Origin: Cladosporium halotolerans
Lineage: Eukaryota
Length of the DNA: 64,000 nucleotides
Assembly (NCBI RefSeq): GCF_011745625.1
Contig: NW_027191460.1
Location: 186,001-250,000 of the forward strand
Direction of reading: 5' to 3'
In this document: in pieces, positions 35,034 to 46,213 of the stretch
Position numbering within the stretch: position 1 is the stretch's first letter
Layout: each line of letters starts with the position of its first letter
Program-made: the position numbers and the translations under genes
Notes under the pieces: generated by a model
The model's input: only the letters and a program-made list of their open reading frames with translations
Told to the model about the DNA's origin: nothing
Databases searched by the model: none

Positions 35034-35624
35034 TCATAAACTCAACTGATCCGTACTAATCCGATCCGCGCTCCTGTCTCTCCGTACCATGCTCAACTTG
35101 TAGTACTTCTCCTCTCCGCTCGCAGTCTTACCGCCGATGAACCACTTCTCCCCGCCTCCGCGTACGTCCCTGAAGCCGCCGGAGTCGCAACTGCTGTCGC
35201 TACCTCTACGCGCTCTTCTTGATTCCTGTACTGTGGGGTATGAGGGCTGTGGCTTGTTCGGCGGCCCGTACACGGGTAAGCCGCTTGCTGGCGGAGAGCG
35301 TGGAAGATGTGTTTGCGGTGTTACGTTGTGCTGAAGCGCAGGGTGGATGTGCTTGTCTTGATGTGTCGGGGCAGCGGCTGTTGCGCTGCTGTGCTCGCGT
35401 CCTTTCGATTGTATGGGTCGCGGATTTGAGACGGCATTCTCGGATGCGCTTGGGTTCGAGGGCTGTGGCTTTGTGGGCTGTGATGTCCAGACGGTCTGTG
35501 TGGGCGACGTCGAGGCTGCCGCGGCAGAGGTTGTCGAGATTGAGGCGACTGATTTGGGGAGAGGCTGGGTGTGAGAGCGGAAGGCGGCTAGGAAGTTGCT
35601 GAGGAACGGCCGTTGGGTCGGCAT
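35034..35624 (-). CDS. Hypothetical Ser/Pro-rich protein (196 aa)
   Basis: Conserved-looking ends (MPTQRPFLSNFLAAFR; RRGSDSS...GFRD...EKWFIGG...EKYYKLSMVRRDRS) flank a low-complexity middle. Confidence 0.75.
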   Translation of the reverse strand: MPTQRPFLSNFLAAFRSHTQPLPKSVASISTTSAAAASTSPTQTVWTSQPTKPQPSNPSASENAVSNPRPIQSKGREHSSATAAAPTHQDKHIHPALQHNVTPQTHLPRSPPASGLPVYGPPNKPQPSYPTVQESRRARRGSDSSCDSGGFRDVRGGGEKWFIGGKTASGEEKYYKLSMVRRDRSADRISTDQLSL

Positions 35625-36624
35625 TGTGGACGTGTTTGCTGGTCGAGTCGATGCTTCAGGGAGCTGCGACACGGTCTAGGCGCAGTTCGTCCTTCCAATA
35701 GACCTGACCAAGGCCTATGTGCCTCGATGTTAGGTGAGCTGTCTGCGCCGTGTCTCTGCCGGCGTGTCCGGTAAAGTTGTGAGCAGAGTCGAGGGTGTCA
35801 ACTGGGTCGTTGTGTGAGAACCGCTTTGGAGTGTTCACACGGTCGTTAAGGGAGCAGCAAAGAGATTCCTGGAGAATGGCGTGAGGTCAGAGAGTGTATG
35901 CGATGGTGAAGTGAAAACCCAGGTCGCCAATTAGGTTGTCGTCAATACTAAACTGTAAACCGGCGGCCCGGTTTCTGCCGGTGTATCCCCGCGTTTCCCC
36001 ACGACGGATCCTTTGATGCGCAACCGGTGACTTCACAGGGCACATGTCATTCACGTGCGCTTTCAATGTTTCCGAGGCCCGAACTTGTTCATTTTCTTTG
36101 CTACAGTGCTACTCTCGAGACGAGCACGATGATCAATGTATTTCAAGCAAGATCGTCACATCTGCAAGTCGCGCCGCCACTTCTTGGTAAGGCATCGATT
36201 GGCACTTGCTTTTGCTCGATCCCCGCACTCCTGCGGCCATATCGCGGCGAGTTACCATGCGATCATGTGCCTGGATGTCAGCTGGTGGCGTGAGGATAGA
36301 TAGTACAGTGCTACAAAAATGAGAGCGGTGACGATTTTTTGACTGTGATGTGCCAGGCTTTCGTCAGTATTGCACTGCATTTCTCGAGATCAGAGTGGAA
36401 AACGGGATCATGTCTGCAGGGCTAGCGGATCCAGAATCGTGACATTCAATACAATGACGAGGGAGATTGAGAAGGATGCGAGAAAACTGAAGTACTTTTC
36501 AGGAAATGTTGGACTTGTGAGTTTCGATAATTATTTTCTGTTCTGTCAACATGGATGACTCACGAAAAGATCAAAATACCTACCCAATTGAGGAAGATGC
36601 TCCTCATTTCAATGGAATCTTCTC

Positions 36625-36891
36625 TCAGTGGCCATACCACTGATTCTGGTATTTCCTGGCGGCACGCTTCTTGCCCGGAGAATGAGCAATGAGGCAACGC
36701 CAAATGAAGGCGATCAGAAGAGCCACGCCGATGATGCTCCCTACCACGGCGAAAATCGCGATCCACTTCTGAGAATTGGAAGCGCCATCAGTATAACGAC
36801 GAACAAGGGCCGGTGAAGACGCTGCTGGAGATCCTGTAGGTCCGTTGACCGCACCATAGTAGCGACTGCTGTGAACCGTGCTCAGATGCAT
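36625..36891 (-). CDS. Small single-pass membrane protein (88 aa)
   Basis: GCCGCCATG start; one TM helix (WIAIFAVVGSIIGVALLIAFIW) followed by a basic tail. Confidence 0.55.
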   Translation of the reverse strand: MHLSTVHSSRYYGAVNGPTGSPAASSPALVRRYTDGASNSQKWIAIFAVVGSIIGVALLIAFIWRCLIAHSPGKKRAARKYQNQWYGH

Positions 36892-38065
36892 GGCGGCGTT
36901 GGTAGCGGCTTCTTTTGCTTTGATGTCAAAGGTATTGATTTCTCTACTTGCAAAGTATTACCGGAATACTGCAGTGAGGAGGTGGTGCTGAGCAGATTGT
37001 GCGGATTTCTAGGGCGAATGTGCTATTTAGTCATGTCGGACGCCATTGTGCGATATATCGATGGCACGATAAAGCGATCGCTAGACAATGCTTTCATTGT
37101 GTGAATGTGGTGAATGAAGAGACAAGCAGACTCAGACAATTCTTTGTCCGGTGGGAAAAGGTCAGAATGCGCAGGTGGACTTTCTTTCAGGTCCAGATGT
37201 AGTGAATGGGCCGGCAAATGCTTGTCGGGCTGAGAACCTGGCATTATTGCAGCGTCTAGCAACACTTGTGACGGGGCCGCAATACGACCCTCGTGGCATC
37301 TCTCGTGCTTCTAGACGGTTATCGGCCGTTGGACAGGACGACCATAGTGAGCACACCTCCAGTGTCTCGAGCCTGAGCGTTAGCCTACCGGCAGGGCTCG
37401 ACACGGTTGCTAGGGTGCGGCCCAGTCTGTTTGTCATAGCATACACCCGTAATAGATCGAACACCGTGCAAGAGACCCATGGCTCAGATGTTGTAGGCTG
37501 TGACAAACAGTCCGGTGAGATAGTCAGCAGTCAGGTAGGCAGCGAAGACCGCAGATGCGCAACGGTTTGGACTGGCCGAGCCTCCTCCCTCCCGCTGCCG
37601 AACGCCGGCCGCGGGCTGCAGGGAAGCCCATGCCACGAGCCCTGCCCCACACGCGCCTGATGATGGCCTGGGACCCTTTGTTTTCAATCTACAACACCGC
37701 CGCCGCCAGAAGCTGCTGCGCTCAAATCTCGACATCGCAGTGAAGGCTTTGCAACGCGTCTGCCCTTCTCGCCTGGGCGGTCATGCTTGCGCCTGACTCC
37801 TGCCGCCACCTCCTTCTCCTGTGACGACCCACCTCCACCGGTCTTCACGGCACTTAACGCGGCGGCTATCGCTAGACCGGCCTTAGCTTTGTTTGTGCAG
37901 CTTCACGGAGAGACACAGGTATGCCCACCGAGACACTTTCGCTGTAGCAACCAACAGTTTCGCACTGCGGTTCTGCACACATGTCTCACTCGCCTCACGC
38001 GCGTGCGAAACCTCATCTCGGCTGACCGTTCCAAGCTCTAGGCTCTCCATAGCACGCCTTCGCTA

Positions 38066-40522
38066 ATGGATGATCCTCCGCCCGTTCCACCCAAGGACAC
38101 GCCCTACAAGCCTGCCATGGACGCAGACCGCACGACGCCAGCACCACCTAGTAGCTCGAAGCGCAAGCGTGCGGCCTACGACGAGCAGACGTACAGGCAG
38201 CTCGAGGAAAACCTCCAGACGCCCGATCCCGACGCCCATTCCCCAAAGCGTAGCCGCCCATCGGCCCAGCGAACCAACACCGATGCCTCTGATGACGCGA
38301 CGCCCGTGCGGCGCAACGTTCGCCGTAAGAAAGGCGTACGCAACCTGTCGAACCTCAACCTGCGCCACGCTGCGGAACGGCAGGCGAAGCTCCATGCTGA
38401 GAGTCAGCCGTTGCCTCGAGAGTCAAAGTTTCAGGAAGGAAGCCTAACGGACAAGCCGAGCGGCAAGCCACCCAGTGCTTTTACGCGGTTCATTCGCACG
38501 GACAGCGGCAATGTCCACCATGTTGATGAGCTCATGGCCGATTACCACAACGGCATGCCAACCCCGCGCGGATCGGTGGAGATTGACATCGAAAGAGAAA
38601 AGGCGCAGATCCCACAACGCGTTGCAGCCATTTCGTCACAACCAGGCGCCCCCAAGGAAAACAATGGCTTCTTCTACCGCTTCGGTCGCCAGATAGCTGC
38701 GAGCTTTCATCCTGTCCGTATGTGGAAGGAAGTCTTGGAGGAGACAACCGAAGAATTGAGACAGAAGAACTTGGCAGAGGCCGAACGCAAAAAGGTTCTG
38801 AAAGAGGAAGCTGAAAGAAGATACGCCCAGATGAAGGCCTCTGGACAATTCGGACCGCAGACGGTCTCGCGAACATCGATCGCAGACAGCAACATCAGCA
38901 CCCGCGACTCTGGTGTTATTTTCACCAGCGGAGCCCCGAGTTTCGAGCACAAGCGAGTTGCGTCATATGGCTCTCAACTCGCTCCTCCATCTTCCAACGA
39001 TGTCGACCTTCATTCTGAGAACGAAGCACCCGAACCGATGCCGAGTGTGATCAAGTCGTTCAAGTCTCGCTTGAGCTTCAAACGTCCATCGCTCCAGAAC
39101 CTCAAGTTCGACCTCAAGAAGGCAAAGTCAGAATATAACCTCGGTGGCATTGCAAATGCGCAACGGGAATCGTCCTCGTCGGTTTCCCCGGTCAAGGCCG
39201 AGTTCCCGGCTTCTGCGTTGAAGAAGTCCCATTCCAGGATCGACATGAGAAAGCAGCACAAGCTGTCGAAGCGTGTCAGCGACCTGGAAGTAAAACTGCA
39301 GGTCGCCCGCAAAGAGTTGGACGATGCCCTCTACCAGGCCAGCCCAATGCCTCAACTGGGCAACAAGCATGAACGTTTCACGCCGTACTCTTCGATGAGG
39401 CGTCCGAGATTCGTTCCTGGAAAGCTGGAGAGTTTGCCTAGTGAGCGACTTCTCGACCCCTCGCATCTCACTCACGAGGCGAATGATGAACACCGAGTGA
39501 CGGATGCTCGCATGCAGGATGCTGCTGAACTTGAAGCGAATGAGCCAACCGGCGATGCTGATCTGATGGATGTGAGTGAAGAGAACGAGGAAGAGACTGT
39601 TCGAATGTCACATGCACGACCTTATCCTCCTAGAGGTTCTTCTCTCTTCAACATGAACAACAAGAACATCGAACAGATCAACAAGGACACCACAACCGGA
39701 GCAGTCGACACAGCGGACGACCAGGTTCAATACGACGACGACATGGACATGGACGACAGCATCACCGTCGCGAACGAGGCGCACGTCAACTTCAAGCGTG
39801 GCAGCTATGATACGCTTGACGCCAAACTCAAGGCTCTCGATGCCAACGTCAAGATGGCGGCCAAGAAGACCAGCAAGCGCAAGAAGCGCAAGTCGGGCGC
39901 TGATATTTCCCTCAGAAACTACCGTCCCGAAGACGATGATGATGAGGAAGAAGACGATGTCGAATGGGAGGAGGCGACCAAGCGTCGCAAGTCTGGCGGC
40001 TCCAATAAAAGGAAGTCCACTGGCAAGTCGACTAATGCGGACGACTCCCTCGTGGACTCTCACCATGACCAAGAGACCATCGAAGTCGCAACCGAGCACA
40101 ATGACCCCAAAGAAGTCATCGATGAAGCGCCTGCCGAGCCCAGAGTCCGCAAGAGCATGGATTCCCAGAGCCTTGCTCTCGATCCCGTCCCGGAGGAAGA
40201 CAGCGAAGGATCCGCTTTCGCCAACAGAGACCCCACGAAGAAATCTGCTCCGAAGCCAACCGTCAACGAACCCACAGCCGAAGACAGGCAGCCCGGCGCC
40301 GAAGAAGAATTAATGACCCGCGCCGCGACTGCGGCCAGAAACCACCGATCCCACTCGCCGCCTGAGAAGGAGAAACCAATTCTTGCCAAACCGGTCGACA
40401 GCCCGACCGAGAAGCCGGAGGACATCGCCCAGCCCGCCAGCAAAAAGAGCAGCCGTGGCCGTCCGAAGAACCACAAGGGCAAAGTCGACCCGTCCTTCGA
40501 GTGGCCCGAGGATGTCTTCTGA
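38066..40522 (+). CDS. Large hypothetical protein with coiled coils and NLS-like basic tracts (818 aa); probable 5'UTR intron 37919-38041
   Basis: Long ATG ORF with RESKFQEGSL, KLSKRVSDLEVKL coiled coil, KKTSKRKKRK and a C-terminal FEWPEDVF motif. Confidence 0.85.
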   Translation: MDDPPPVPPKDTPYKPAMDADRTTPAPPSSSKRKRAAYDEQTYRQLEENLQTPDPDAHSPKRSRPSAQRTNTDASDDATPVRRNVRRKKGVRNLSNLNLRHAAERQAKLHAESQPLPRESKFQEGSLTDKPSGKPPSAFTRFIRTDSGNVHHVDELMADYHNGMPTPRGSVEIDIEREKAQIPQRVAAISSQPGAPKENNGFFYRFGRQIAASFHPVRMWKEVLEETTEELRQKNLAEAERKKVLKEEAERRYAQMKASGQFGPQTVSRTSIADSNISTRDSGVIFTSGAPSFEHKRVASYGSQLAPPSSNDVDLHSENEAPEPMPSVIKSFKSRLSFKRPSLQNLKFDLKKAKSEYNLGGIANAQRESSSSVSPVKAEFPASALKKSHSRIDMRKQHKLSKRVSDLEVKLQVARKELDDALYQASPMPQLGNKHERFTPYSSMRRPRFVPGKLESLPSERLLDPSHLTHEANDEHRVTDARMQDAAELEANEPTGDADLMDVSEENEEETVRMSHARPYPPRGSSLFNMNNKNIEQINKDTTTGAVDTADDQVQYDDDMDMDDSITVANEAHVNFKRGSYDTLDAKLKALDANVKMAAKKTSKRKKRKSGADISLRNYRPEDDDDEEEDDVEWEEATKRRKSGGSNKRKSTGKSTNADDSLVDSHHDQETIEVATEHNDPKEVIDEAPAEPRVRKSMDSQSLALDPVPEEDSEGSAFANRDPTKKSAPKPTVNEPTAEDRQPGAEEELMTRAATAARNHRSHSPPEKEKPILAKPVDSPTEKPEDIAQPASKKSSRGRPKNHKGKVDPSFEWPEDVF

Positions 40523-42007
40523 TCGCTGCCTCTCGTCCGTGGCAAAATTGCAAGAAACACCACACAAAACCGATCAATAACGACGACACGACTACCACAG
40601 ATTGCGTTTCCTTTTTTTCTACTCTTCTCTGATGGAACCTCTCCTCTTCGATTCCATGAACAAAACGACTTGGTTCCGGCATCCTCACCACGACCGAGCC
40701 AGATGCGACTAGCTGATTTTAATGCTTTCCCAATTTCTTTCCCTCTCAAAGCCGGCCGAGCGAAGCAGTCCATTCCTCCCCAGGCGGCTTTTTTTTCTCT
40801 TTTTCCTTTCTTCTCAACCAGACCGGGAAACACGAAGACCATGGCCGACGGACGAGCAATCAACCCGCAAGGGGAAAACAAAAGAGTCCATATTGTATAG
40901 CCCGTTTGTTTTTTTGTGGATAGCTCGGTGTAAACCTTTTCTTCTCGTATCCAGACTACTCAGAAGTACTCTCGCCTCATTTCCCACGTCCCTTCTCCAT
41001 CCCTCCACACGCGACCTCGTATATCCCCCAACCGAGCCGACGAGCAGACAAGTCCCGCAACCCTGGCTGGGACCTGAGACGACCGGAAAGAGGGAAAGCA
41101 CCAACAAGATCGATGTTTCGTAACAATAAGTACGTACGTACATTCCGACTCCCCAGGTCGTATACAGCAAATCAAACCTGTGCACCCAGTAATAGCGAAG
41201 GTCAAAAAACCCAAAGAAACCGCCTCCACGCTGCTCGGAACCGCACGATTCCCTGGTCGCCCATTATCCCCGAGACAAAAAAACGAAAAGTGAAAGGGCC
41301 AGGCGGCCCCGCGAGAAGGTCTCTGCCTTCCTCTGAGAACAACAGCACCAGCCTCGCGACCGCCGATGGCGGAGGAGATGAAATGAGATGGGAAAGAGAC
41401 TCGAATTTTCAAGTCCAAGAGACCACTGACTGACTGACTGCTGCTGCACATTCTCCTCTCTTCACCGCATATTGATAGAGGACAGTGGTAATCAAGAAGA
41501 AAAAAAAAATGAAGGATAACCAATAGATATGAAAGAGAGAAAAAACGCCGCCGAAATCGCCCATTCTTCCCCCCTCCCCTGCCCCATCCTTCTTGCCATC
41601 TTTCTCTTAAGTCAAGTCGTGATAAGAAATGTATGAGAACCCCCCTGCCTTTCCGTTTTTGCGCCCGGGTTTGTTGTGTCTGTACGGTAGATACAACCGC
41701 GCCGACGCGACCCATTCGCCCATCCGTCCGTCCGTCGTTCGTTAATCAATCAATCAATTCAGTCAATCGGGAGAAATTCAGTTGGTTTTTTGTAATGTCC
41801 ATCCATCCATCCATCCGTCCGTCCGTGTGCGAGACCAGGTGCCATGACTGATACATGCGTTCTCAAGGTCCGGGGACGAAGTCGGGCAATACTTTGCCGT
41901 GGGAAAACGAGAGAGAACGCCGTCGCCGCTGCTCCTCCCTGTGCGCGAGGAGCGGTTTGTACAAAAGAAAGAGAGTTTGGTGTTCCGCGTGTTGCTTATT
42001 GTTGTCG

Positions 42008-45000
42008 TCAGCAAGTCGCTGCGTGGCGAGACGTTGTCGAGGGTTCCGAGGTTGCCTTTGGTGCTGGGAGGTGTGGGAGCAGGGACTGGACGAGGGCTGA
42101 GGAGAGGAAAACGGCGGCTAGTGGGGCCTGTGGGGGTTGTTAGTAAGGATGTTATTGCTTTTGGGATGAGTTGGGAGGGGACTTACCCAGACCCAGGCGG
42201 AGGTGTCGACGAGGTCCTTGAGCTTGGTTTGTGGCCCGTCTCCCTCGGTTGTCGGAGCAATGTTGGAATCGGCCGGATGCGACACCTTGTTCGACTCGCC
42301 GCACTTCTGATCGCTCGGAGTCTCGACTGAAACTTCTCTTGACACAGGTTCCTTCGCGGCACGGTCGGCGCTGCAATCTTTCAGCTTCTCCGGGAACAGA
42401 TCACTGTACGCCGGCGGAGGCGGACAAGCATCGATGCCGGGCAGCGGCGTCGCCGTGCGTCCTGGGATCAGGGAGCTGATTCGACGTCCGAGCGAACAAT
42501 CCTCGGGAATATTGGGCAACTGTGGCAGCTGCAGCGGTATTTGCGACATGTGCTCCTGCACGCTTGATTGGAAGTGCTGGATCTGCGCCGCCAAAGCGTC
42601 ACGCCAGGCGTGCATTGCAGCCGCCGGAGGAGCCTCGGTCGGTTCCTCTGCGATGGATTGCTTCCTTGGCGTCTGAGGCACGGAGAAGAACGCACTAGGC
42701 CTGCGCGAGGGTGGTGCGGAGGGAAATTGTTGCGAGCTGTTGCCGTCGACCTCCGACTCGTAGTAAGAGGCGCTGCTGATGTCCCAGGACAGGCTTGAGG
42801 AAGACGACGACGATGTGCTTCGCCGTGATCGCAGGACGTTCCGGGTGCGTGGCGTGTTCAATAAGATCTGACCGAAGACGTCACGAGCGTCTTCCGACAC
42901 CACATCGAGCACGTGGTGTCCTGACAGGCTCCTGATTGCGGGGTCGGCACCTTTGACCAGTAAAAGCTGGAACGTCTTCGAGTGTCCCTGCAGTGCAGCG
43001 TGCAGCAATGGGGTGTAGCCGCTCCCATCCCTGATGTCCGGGTTGGCTCCACGCGCCAGGAGTGCGGCAACAACACGGTGAAGGCCGTTTGATGCGGCCA
43101 GAGTGAGCATGGTCTCGCCCTGCTCCGATTCCATGTCGTACAAGGGCTGTTTCGGGCTCTCACTCACGTCCACGGCATCGAAGATCCGGAGAATTGTGTC
43201 GTCCAGCATAGGAGGTCCATTTGAAAGCATGTTGCCGCCATCGAAGCCCATACCGACGCCTGCGCGCGACACATTCTGCGACATGAACTGGGTTGCGCTG
43301 TGCTGCGCCATCTGATACCAGCCGTTAGCATTGCCTGTATGCTGCTGGCTCAAGAAACGCAAAGCCATCTCCATCATGCGCTCGTTGGAGTTCTTGTAGT
43401 TGAAAATCGGCCTGCTGGTCTGGGAAGGCGAGTATTGAGGTACATTGCCAGCCTGCACAATCGTGACATGCACAGCGCCGACTCGTCCGGGTGGTGTCAC
43501 GCAGAGCAGTGATTGGTCGCCGTAGAATGTCAGGCCTGTCGCTGGCTGTTCGCCAAAGTAAACAAGACACCCGGCGGTAAAGTTGCGCCCGTAGATGGAT
43601 ACTTCGGTGCCTCCTGTAGTAGGACCCTCGTTCGGTGTAAGCTTGTGGATCATCGGCAGCATTGTGTTGTCGGCATCACTGCCTGACGAGCCAGGCACAG
43701 AGCCTGATGTAGGGTATACTTGAGACCGAGGTGGCGGTTGCGAAGGTGCCATTTGTTGCCTGGCGTACGCAGCGAGATTGGCTCTGCTCCCAGCGACAGG
43801 AGACGGGGCTCTGCTACCAACTCGTGACCCTGGCAGAGACTGGTAGTAATCGGGAATATTTTGAGGAGCATCCCGACGCGGAGGTCCTTGCGGCGTTGGG
43901 TTGAATGCGAAAGGCTGGTTCTCGGCAGGTGTAGGAGGTCCGCTACTGATGAACTGTGCAGGCCCACTATTATTGGGGATCGTCATGTAAGACTGGTCGC
44001 CTTGAGCGCTGAAACCCGCACTGGTAGGAGAGAAAGGTGTCCCCATAGAGACAGCAGAGGGCATACTTGGTGCGGGTTCTTGGTTCGTGTCCACTCTAGG
44101 GGTCATCGTGAGTCCGCTTGGAACCTTCCTGTGGAAAGAAGACGATTTGCGCTTCTTGTTTGGTCCTGAACTGCCAGCGCTGGTCGGTGACCCAGGCCTC
44201 GACAGACTCGTGGGAGTCATCGTACCAGAAGTTGTCTGCGAGGCAAATCCTTGATTGGGCAGTTGGTGTACGTGGCTTTGAGGGTTGTACTGGCCATATG
44301 CGAGAGCCTGGAGATTCCCAGTAGACCGCGACGAAGCAAAGCCTTGCTGCACATGACCAGACATGTCGACCATGGAGAAAGAGGTAGGAAGGCCATGAGA
44401 TGCATAGACGGGACCGCCGCCACCGTACATCAGCTGTTCCGGCACGTGGGTAGAAAAGCTCGGAGGATGGGTCTTGTGATCGTCTGTTATGAGGATCGAA
44501 TCCGACATCTCCTGAGCGATTATGTTGCCCGCCTGGTCCTTCATGGTGAAGATCACCTGGAACCCTTCCTTCTCACTCTGATGCCTGCAGTAACAAGCAA
44601 TGCGCATGGCCGCGGTGACGTGCATGGATCCCTCGGGAGGAATGTAGTCGTCAGCAAGGCTGTGGTCTTTCTGCGTCTGCTGGGTTGTCTCCCAAGGCTT
44701 AAAGGAGAGAAACTCGTTCGAGTTGAAGACGACAACCCTTTCCGTCTCATAGCGTTCCCAGTGCTGCTGCTCTTCTTCTTTCTTCAGCTTCTTGCGACCA
44801 GCACGCTTCCTTTCACGTTGTATGCAGTTATTGCAAATCCTCACTTCGCCGCCGTTTGCAGGCCGATCCTCTTCGGGGATATTCTTGAGATCGTTCTTGT
44901 CCTCTTCTCCGGCATCCTTTTGCTGTTCTGCTCGACGCTGGATCACGCCGTTGTCCTGAGAGGCAGCAGTTTGCAGCGCCTTCTCCTTTAATTCTGGATT

Positions 45001-46213
45001 TCGCATTGCGCTAGTGCAGACAAGCATGGTGTGTAGCTCCAGGGATTTTGACTTGTCGACCTCTTCTTTGGCCAGCAGCTTGGACTTTGCAATGGTGTGG
45101 AGCGGAAGGTGCAAGTACTCGGTTCCGGGAGGTGGCTTCTCCAGTGTCATGACGACGTTGATTTGAGTCTCAACTCGTGACTTGGTAGAGATGGGCGCAA
45201 TGTGCAGCAAGGACCTTCCGCGCGGTGCACCAGACGGCTTCGACTGTGCTGCGGGCGTTGTGCCATTCATAGCTGGTGAGGGTGTGAAGTGTAGAGCTCC
45301 AGGAGATGTAAATTGATTCCCGTAGTTGGCATTCCAGGCCGGGTTCTGAAGATTGAAATTAGGGTCCGCGGTGGCTGTGAAAGTCTCATTGCTCTCCGAG
45401 GATGGGGTTGAAAATACGGCATTAGGAGAGTTATTAAACATGGCGGTATTCATCATAGACGGAGACTGATCTCGAGAAGCCCCGCCGAGAGTGAAGCTGG
45501 CAGGGTTGATGGTCTGCAGCTGGAATCTGCGTTAGTACCTGGGTCAGATGGAATTAGCGATATCGGCTTACTGGTGACTCCTGCTTGAACTGAGGCGCGA
45601 CGTTCTGCATGCCAATGTTTTGCATCTGAGTATCCAGAGACATCGCAGTATCGAATGCAGTGGCATTGATAGGGCTGGAAGTGGAGCTTGCGCCGGAGAA
45701 GTCGAAGATGCTGTTGTCGGCCATGCTCGTCTGGACAGCCATGGCCTGGACCGCGTTGTTGTCGGCCCCGAACAGCTTCATTTTCTGCCCATCCGCACCC
45801 ATGAGCGAGTCCTCCTTTTGGACCGTGCCGGACCTGTCGACCTCGGACATGGGCGACTCCGACGCGGTCTTCCGCTTCCGCCCGCTGGATGTGTCAGAGG
45901 ACGAATCCTGGCTGGAGGTCTCGACCGGGGGAAATGCAGAGGGCATGTTCATGGGGTGGGACTGGCTCTGGGCCGCACCGGAGGCGAAAGAGTTGAAGTC
46001 GGGGGCAGTCTTGGTGGTCTGGCGCATCTGCAGGCCGCCGGGGCTGTCGGCGAAGTCGTTCATGTTGGTGTAGCTGTCGAAGGCGCTGGTGAAGGGCGAG
46101 TCGGAGTTCATGGCATCATTGAACTGGTCGGCGGTGTACTGGCCGGTGGTGTCGAACTGCGGGTCGTTCCAGTCGATGCCTCCGTCGGCCAGCGGGGTGG
46201 TGTGGGAGTCCAT
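42008..46213 (-). CDS. SPT23: Spt23/Mga2-type membrane-anchored transcription factor (IPT/TIG + ankyrin + C-terminal TM); introns ~45520-45571 and 42128-42186
   Basis: KSRVETQI, ICNNCIQRERKRA, RIACYCRH, ILITDDHK, IPT domain (KLTPNEGPTTGGTEVSIYG) and ankyrin repeats. The last exon W|APLAAVFLSSALV supplies the TM helix. Confidence 0.93.

Noticed and set aside
40530..42000. ORFs in the convergent intergenic region
   Set aside because: Low-complexity purine/pyrimidine tracts and SSRs typical of long 3'UTRs; the translations are not protein-like.
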